A stretch of 64,000 bases of DNA from Octopus vulgaris (taxonomy: Eukaryota), in contig OX597831.1 in assembly GCA_951406725.2 (NCBI GenBank), forward strand, positions 62,558,001 through 62,622,000, in the 5' to 3' direction. Shown piece after piece: positions 55,932-64,000 of the stretch. A program made the translations under genes and the position numbers. How positions within the stretch are numbered: the first letter of the stretch is position 1; each line of letters starts with the position of its first letter. The notes below the pieces were generated by a model. The model was not told the DNA's origin and did not search any database. It saw only the letters and a list, made by a program, of their open reading frames with translations.

Positions 55932-56271
55932 AAGTAGCTTGCTAATCAACCACATGGTTCCGGGTTCAGTCCCACTGCGTGGCATCTTGGGCAAGTGTCT
56001 TCTGCTATAGCCTCGGGCCGACCAATGCCTTGTGAGTGGATTTGGTAGACGGAAACTGAAAGAAGCCCGTCGTATATATGTATATATATATATGTGTGTG
56101 TATGTGTTTGTGTCAGTGTTTTTCCCCCTAGCATTGCTTGACAACCGATGCTGGTGTGTTTACGTCCCCGTTACTTAGCGGTTCGGCAAAAGAGACCGAT
56201 AGAATAGGTACTGGCGGTGCTCCAGCATGGCCGCAGTCAAATGACTGAAACAAGTAAAAGAGTAAAAGAGA

Positions 56272-56272
<1 letters not shown>
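55932..56272 (+). mobile_element. Remainder of the interrupted SINE-A copy
   Basis: Resumes at aagtagcttgctaatcaaccacatggttccgggttcagtccc and runs to the gagtaaaa tail; ~50-bp internal deletion near 56211. Confidence 0.9.
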
Positions 56273-56333
<61 letters not shown>

Positions 56334-56841
56334 GTATATATAAATACATGTGCGCGCGCACTGTCTGGTGTACAGGAGATGAATAAGTGTAGCTACATAT
56401 TAATTACGATTTTCTGCATATCAATTTACGTTCCTGTCTGAACTTGTAGAACACCTTTTCATTGATTAAATAACACGTGTTTTTAAAATCTCAATGTCAG
56501 AGTTTATATATTCTAGCCAATGCATTATGAGATCAAAATAAAAATGTATGATTTCTTTACAACATTTGGCGGCTGTTGGAAAATTAATCAGGATCTAAAA
56601 TATCAAAAGAACCCATTCCCAGCGAAGAATTGCTACTGGCGACCTATCAAATAAGATTTTCTGAATCTTTCGAAGTTGTTCTAAGATTATTATGGTCATC
56701 TACAGTGAAATCAAAGAAAGAATAATACGACATTCATTCTTCTGTTTATTTGTTGGAAGTTAGGAGAAAAATTACTCACACGTACTTTCACACCTTCCTT
56801 TATGCACATTAACACGGTGACGCATTTTCATATACACATTC

Positions 56842-56886
<45 letters not shown>

Positions 56887-57024
56887 TACACATATATTTA
56901 TATATATGGCTAGATAGAGTAATACAGATGTATATCTATATACATATATAGATATACGTATATTATATATATACACACACTCACACACATATATTACATA
57001 GATGTGTGTAAGTGTGTATGTATA

Positions 57025-57130
<106 letters not shown>

Positions 57131-57600
57131 TATATAGATATATATATATATATATATATAGCGCCTAGATTCTCTATGGAGAGGAAAGAACATATACGTT
57201 TCACTCAAGAGGCATGATATGGCTAGGGCGCCAGTCATATAACACTTCAAATAGTAAATTGCCGTTACCTAATCAAGCAATGCTGCATAAGGAATCGCTG
57301 TCTCCAAAGAAGTATATTCACTTCGAATTGTAAACATTTTCTATTTTCTGGTTGTTCTCTCGTATGTTGGTGGATATCTTTACCAAAGAACCACTCCTTT
57401 GGAAAGTATGCAGACACTGAAAACCTGTAAAATTGTGACTTAAGCTTCTCGGAATGCGACATATCCTGCAAATGTTATTTTTATGACTTCAGGTGGGTAA
57501 CTGTAATTATAGACCGTACAAGAGAGTGAACTCAAAACTAAGTTTTCTTATACAAAACGCCCAGTCATCCAGAACATAATTATATACACGCACACACACA

Positions 57601-57985
57601 GAACCTCGCAGTACAAGTGCACCATTGTACGAGAAAATTGCTGTACGAGCCGAGGCTCATGTGTATTTTTGTCTTGAACTACTAGTGGAAATCCATATTA
57701 CGAGCGATTTTCATACAAGCGACCGTTAACTTAAATTTAAATCCATAAAACTTCTATACATTTCATACAACACCACCCCTATATTGCAGCGTATGCACAA
57801 ACAGGTGGTCTCTAATTTTAAGAAATTGTACACGAAACACCTGTTTCGTCCGTGATTTGAAGTCACCAGCGATACAAATCCAACCCTTTGTGAGATTTGG
57901 AAGGAGCACTACAACATTGCGAAATGCATGAGAACCATCAATTGATGGCCTGCCAGAGTATAACTAAGCTTCTGGCAAAACTTGA
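57601..57985 (+). mobile_element. Tigger/pogo DNA transposon relic
   Basis: gaacctcg...tacgag terminal-like repeats, then IKLLYISYNTTPILQRMHKQVVSNFKKLYTKHLF...EIWKEHYNI, matching the TIGD1-type NTT..LQPMDQ.VI.NFKKLY motif. Confidence 0.8.
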
Positions 57986-59099
57986 TGCAATATCTCTGTT
58001 CAATGTGTTCGGCTACCTTGCGGGAAAATGAAGATCCGACGAGCGCACATTACACGTCTGTACTCTAGATGTAACATCCCTGTACCGACGCGGACGACCG
58101 TTCTCGAAAAGGGTGGTGTAATCTCCTGCCCAAAGGATTTCACCTACGCTGCAATTGTTGTGGAGGGAAAATTAAAGACGCATGTCTGCTCATTTGGAGT
58201 CTGGTATTCAAAATTAGTGATTGATAATATAGTGATTGATAATTGCAAATAATATTCTCTCCTCAGTTGTTGCGCTTTCCAATCGTTCATTTTAATTTCA
58301 TCCATGCTGTTCATGAATATCGCATTTGTTCACATGGGATTATTGTCCATAGACATATAACTATTTATCAATACTCACATTTGATTTGCACACGCGTATT
58401 CTTTTATCGTCGTCTTTGAACTGTACAGAACCTGAAAGCCTTAGGAATTAGCTTAAACTATTTATATACCAGTTCTTTGCCTTAGTTAAACATTTTCTGA
58501 TATTAATTTGCATTACATTTATATCGTTCTAAGCGGTATTTTACAACTATATTTACGCGGAAATTATCGTCATTTAACTGATGTTAACATAGAAGTGTGA
58601 TGCTCACAAATGAGGCAGCCTCGTATTTTTTCTTGGAGACATTATCGAGTATAACATGGCGAATGTCAGTTCTAATTAGATCACAATAAATAAGAAGACA
58701 TAAGATGAATATACATTATTTGGAGCACTTCCTTAAGAATATATGAAACCATAGCTGCAAGAAAAATTACACTGAATTGCGTTTTATTAAAATCTATTCT
58801 GACCAATATAGTAAGTAATTGAAAAGCTATTCTAGATTTGTGACATGTATCTGCTATGGTCGCTTTCTAGAGAACGTAAGAATCGAAATTATATTAATAG
58901 ACAGTTAGAAAAGTAGGTTTGATGTTTCAAAGCATTTAAGTGTGATAGATCGGATTTCAGCTGCACAGGACCCAGCATTATGCTCCTGCGTATTGTGTTA
59001 ATATGTGGTATGATAGCCGGGTACACTACCGGAGCTTTCTGTGTTAGCCATATAATTCAATGAATCAATACATTGCACTACAATTATGTTGCACAACAA

Positions 59100-59147
<48 letters not shown>

Positions 59148-59316
59148 TTGTGTGTGTATGTGTGTATGCATGTATATATATATATATATATATGTGTGTA
59201 TATATATGTATATGTATATATATGTAGGTATATATGTATATATATATATTTATGTATATATGTATATATATATATATATGTATATATATGTGTATATGTA
59301 TATATATATATATGCA

Positions 59317-59348
<32 letters not shown>

Positions 59349-59420
59349 CATATACATATATATATATACATATATATATATACATATATATATAGAGAGA
59401 GAGAAAGAGAGAGAGAGAGA
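59100..59420. repeat. Compound (TA)n/(TG)n/(GA)n microsatellite
   Basis: Direct observation. Confidence 0.95.
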
Positions 59421-59494
59421 GTGAAAACTAATTTAGAGACGAACCACTATTCCACAACTCATTCAATGAAAAACGCGTCCAAAATCATGCTATG

Positions 59495-60020
59495 AGTCAC
59501 ATGCCAGACAAAATACTAATCTAAAATCTTAATAATATATAATATTGAACATTAAGATTATTACAATCATATAATATATAAGAACAAATACTTTTAAAAT
59601 CCCAGCGAATACCAAACAAAGAAACATTCATCATAAAAATAATCTAAAATCAAATAATTTTAGGAATTTGACCTGAGGAGCGACAGCTTTCGGGAGTAAA
59701 ATCATATTTCCTTTCTAATGAACTTGGAAATGGTTTTCTTATATGTTTTTAATTAGTCCTAATTCAGCCTAATGAAACGCGCGTAGTCAATGTACGAGTA
59801 ATTATTTTTACACATTATATTATTTTATTAAATTTTTTTTGTTCAATTTATAATTTATTTGATTATAGATTAATATTTTTGTGATGAATCTTTCTTTGTG
59901 TGGTATTCGCTGTGATATTAAGCGTATTTGCTCTTATATATTATATGATTGTAACAATCTTACTGTTCAATATTGTATACTATTAAACTCTTAGATTAGT
60001 AATTTCTATGGTATATACCT
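59495..60020. repeat. ~170-bp inverted repeats enclosing a hammerhead-like motif
   Basis: Arms ~59495-59668 and ~59845-60020 are reverse-complementary (e.g. acaatcatataatatataaga / tcttatatattatatgattgt); spacer holds ttgac-CTGAGGA...GAAAC-GCGC-GTA-gtcaa. Confidence 0.8.
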
Positions 60021-60647
60021 GTACAGACTAAGTTCTTACGAAATTCATTCGGGAATTTTAAGAATAAAATAAGTACAATAGGTAAATGTGACAGTGTAAT
60101 ACTAAAGAGATGCAATTCATAATATCGATGCAAAAATTCCCAACAAATCCGTTCGGCGGCTTAAAAGTATCAGAAGTTGACGAACATTTTTAAAATTCAT
60201 TTACGGTTGGATATAAAGAAAGAGAATATACTTCCGTAAGTTAAATCGTGATATTTGGAAATAAAGACTGTTAATAAAGAAGAGTGTATATATTCAATGT
60301 CCTTATATGTCAAATAAAGAAAGAAGTAAGCCGAAAGATCATCTTCCTATCAAGAGGTGAAAGTAGGTATGAAGTTACTTATTTATAAACTCAAAGATGA
60401 AACAAAATATGTGACTAAAACGCTGCCGATTGGGAAATGTAGCTTAGCTTCACGTGACAGTGTTCCTAAATGAATCACGTGATCGCTACAAGATGCCAAT
60501 GACATGTGATAACCTAACATAGGAGCTAAGCCGAAAGTCCACTAGTCATGGCCTTGTTATTCGTGCGTGCCTATGCTAAAACAATATTAAAAATAAAACA
60601 TTATACTTTCATCTTAAAGGTTAAAAAGACAATGATGATTGAATATA

Positions 60648-60874
60648 TATTTTTTATTACACACAAGGGGCTAAAAATAGAGGGGACAAAGAAGGACAGA
60701 CAAAGGTATTAAGTCGATTACATCGACCTCAGTGCGTAACTGGTACTTAATTTTTCGACCCCCAAAGGATGAAGGCAAAGTGAAGGCGGAATTTGAAATC
60801 AGAACGTAACTGCAGACGAAATACGGCTACGCATTTCTCCCGGCGTGCTAACGATTCTGCCAGCTGGCCGCCTT
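60648..60874 (-). mobile_element. SINE-B monomer with Tx1-like tail
   Basis: Full head aaggcggccagctggcagaatcgttagcacgccgg, Meta-like core, tail tttgtctgtccttctttgtcccctct; perfect 16-bp TSD atgatgattgaatata at 60632-60647 and 60875-60890. Confidence 0.9.
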
Positions 60875-61256
60875 ATGATGATTGAATATAAGAGGCACAG
60901 TACAGAAGAAAAGAATTATATTTTGCTAGCACGTGTAAACATTCCTGAGTTAAATCATTTCTGTTTCAAAGTATAACTGATTGCGCAATTATTTTGATCA
61001 CATGGAGCGTACATTAAATAATTTATATCTCACCAATTTGTATTTTGTTGAGTGATTTTCCTTTAGTATCTATTTATTTCTATGTTCATTTTATTTATTT
61101 TTTCTTATTTACTATGCAGTCAGTCTGTTATTTTGAGAAACGTTTTGTAACCAGGCCTTCGGAAGCCACTCATCATCAGTGAATTTGTGCCGTTAATGTG
61201 ATGTTTGGACATTTGCAAATCGACGCAGCTGAAAGTTTACGCTTAATATTTATGGT

Positions 61257-61286
61257 ACTTCGGGCCTTGTGCCTAGAGTAGAAAAG
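61257..61286 (+). mobile_element. ~30-bp SINE-B tail-only insertion
   Basis: ttcgggccttgtgcctagagtagaaaag matches the tail at ~12804-12829; TSD aatatttatggt at 61245-61256 and 61287-61298. Confidence 0.75.
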
Positions 61287-61745
61287 AATATTTATGGTTC
61301 CGAAACAAATAAGATGTTTACTATCAATACAAGTTACTCTTTATATGAGAAATTTGGCAAAACATATCAGGTTTCTGAAAAAATATCAGGGACTTTAAAA
61401 TAATTTTAAATATATTACCACGTACTAAACATTATACACACGATAATCACTGGTGTTGTCATAATACTTCTGAAGTAAAAACGTTTCTATTAATCTCTAC
61501 TTGTTCTAAGCGAAATACTCGTACATGTTAACTGATTAAAAAACAAAAAAATGGTTGGTTGCACAAGAACGCAGTCCAAACAATAAAATGGGTCACTTTG
61601 TGAACTTGCTCCGTATAATCAACATTTATTTATTCCATACGTAAATTTAATATATTTTGCTTCATTTTTTTTATCAGTGATAAAGATCGGTGCACATGAA
61701 GAATCACAGATTTGCTATGCGTTAAGATTCATACACATTTTATGT

Positions 61746-61776
<31 letters not shown>

Positions 61777-61834
61777 GCACACAATAAGCACTTAGATATA
61801 TACAGATTTATACAAATACATTTATATATATATA

Positions 61835-61968
61835 CATTTACGTAAACAAAAGACGAAGATAGGTGGTGTAGACAACAAACAGATGCATTAGTATAACGCT
61901 CGGGAAGTGAAAAGTATTTAACGTTTCGAGCCTACACAGAAAGGAAGACAAAAAGAAACAAGGAGAGA

Positions 61969-61970
<2 letters not shown>
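61835..61970 (-). mobile_element. Short repeat with partial hammerhead remnant (related to the 25066 family)
   Basis: Minus strand tttctgtgtaggctcGAAACGTTaaa; the 5' part of the HHR core is apparently deleted; flanked by (TA)n. Confidence 0.5.
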
Positions 61971-62030
<60 letters not shown>

Positions 62031-63094
62031 CAATCTATCTATTTATCTACCTATTTATCTATCTATCTACATACATGTGTGTGTATCTATATATGTATAT
62101 GTATGTGCGTCTGTGTGTGTTTGCCTGTATATATGTGTGTGTGAGTCCAAAGGAACGCTGCATCGAATTAAAATTCGTTTGTCGCTGTTGTCTCCAAAAA
62201 TCCGGCGAACTTTAGATTCACCCGTTTGAAATATCTTCCAAATCATGGTATAGTCTACCTAAATCGATATTACATAATTATCGATTTACAATGCAGTGCT
62301 GAATCTGTTTTTTTTTCTTTTTTTAATTTTCATTACATAATTTACGCTGCAAATGCAATCGCGAATGCATAAAACTAACATGGCCGCATATTTTCCCTTC
62401 CTTATAATGCAGATTTTGTGCTCAGTCAAATGGAATTTACATCCACAATTCGCTTCTATTCATTATTTCCTTTTTGGTAAACCGTAAAAAAATCGGAATC
62501 GGTGAGTCAGTCTTTATACCGTACTGAAATTAATTTCAACGCTAATCAAAAGTAACATAAACTATGAACATTTATATCTTTATTTAGTTATCTATTTATA
62601 TTACGGATATTTTATCCAGCAAAAATCAAAGCCCTAATATGCAGTCCCTAATACGCTTTCGATTTCCCATTTTGTGAAATCTACTTCCTACATGTGTTGG
62701 AAAGTGTGTATGCATTGTTTATGTTCTGTCCGTGTTTCTAATGTATTTATATTTGATTCGAGCTGTAGATGGTTTAAATATTCAAATAGATACAATGTGT
62801 TAAATAAGCTAAAATATCTTACCTAATTCTACGTCGTAAAACTGTTCATTACACACGACGCCAATTTGGGCAAAACGGGAATCATCCGTTCAAACTACGT
62901 CTGACAAGTTTTCGAATATATGAAAGATATTTTTGTAAATCTTCATATAAAATTCTACAAAGAAATACAATTCGAAAGTAATAATTCACGCTCAAAATAT
63001 TTTTTACATTATACAAATATGCAATAATATAAGAACAGGCAATCGACATCATTTACTTATACATACATAGACACATTCATACACACATGCATCT

Positions 63095-63310
<216 letters not shown>

Positions 63311-63819
63311 ACGCACGCATATTTATATATATCCACTTCAAGCTAGATGTGTAATATTTATGGTCCTCCATCTGCATTGTGATAAATAAAAGAAAAGAAA
63401 AAACTTGATACGATTGCATTCAGAACACAATTAATGAAGCATTAGAGCCTGGCAAACGTCGAGCTGCGCGTCAATAATAATATTTCATAAAGTCTTGCTA
63501 CAGATCTGTAGTTTTACATGTTAAAGGTTTTTATGTGCAGCCCACTCAAACTATACACCATGGCACCCATTCAATATTTCTCCCTCAAGCGAAATACAGA
63601 GACATATAACTGAGAATGTAATGCATATAATTATTTGATGTAAAACATGTAACACTAGTTTGCTAAGTGTAGCATAACATATTGATATGAGCCTTATATA
63701 ATACAAGACATTAATGCATGTGCAAGTATCCATGTAGTTGTGTATATATGCATACATGCAGTGTGTGTATACATAAATATATATATGGATGTATGCATAT
63801 ATACATATATATACACACT

Positions 63820-63868
<49 letters not shown>

Positions 63869-63934
63869 TTCTACCCCTATATGCATTTATATGAATATAT
63901 GCATGTATGTATATATGTATACATATATATATAT

Positions 63935-63984
<50 letters not shown>

Positions 63985-64000
63985 CACATATGTATATATA

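Larger units (their letters stand above)
50499..55933 (+). mobile_element. Near full-length Tx1-clade (L1 group) non-LTR retrotransposon
   Basis: 5' UTR, ORF1 with CCHC knuckle, ORF2 APE-RT-zinc finger, 3' UTR ending in AATAAA (55928-55933), TSD aagtagctt(t)gctaa on both sides. Confidence 0.92.

Noticed and set aside
61138-61182. Minus-strand CTGATGA...AAAACGTT hammerhead-like remnant (similar weak cases near 16080-16120 and 24655-24695)
   Set aside because: Core mutated and stems not convincing by eye.

Overview
Eukaryotic, AT-rich, microsatellite-saturated window with no recognisable host protein-coding gene. The repeat landscape suggests an animal, probably an octopus/cephalopod (inference). 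It contains: a near full-length Tx1/L1-group LINE (50499-55933); a 5'-truncated CR1 LINE; many R4/Dong-like fragments; Penelope-like (GIY-YIG) fragments with hammerhead ribozyme (HHR) motifs; mariner/Tc1/Tigger relics; and two tRNA-derived SINE families, called A and B here. Most notable: (1) the Tx1 element sits inside the tRNA head of a SINE-A copy with a ~16-bp target-site duplication, and its 3' UTR shares a 25/26-nt block with the tail of SINE-B copies, suggesting a Tx1-SINE partner/target system; (2) a 126-bp palindrome made of two head-to-head hammerhead motifs; (3) a hammerhead enclosed by ~170-bp inverted repeats; (4) a Penelope 3' end carrying a tRNA-like cassette; (5) a same-strand pile-up of R4/Dong 3' ends in (TAA)n. 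All alignments and folds were done by eye, and novelty could not be checked against databases.
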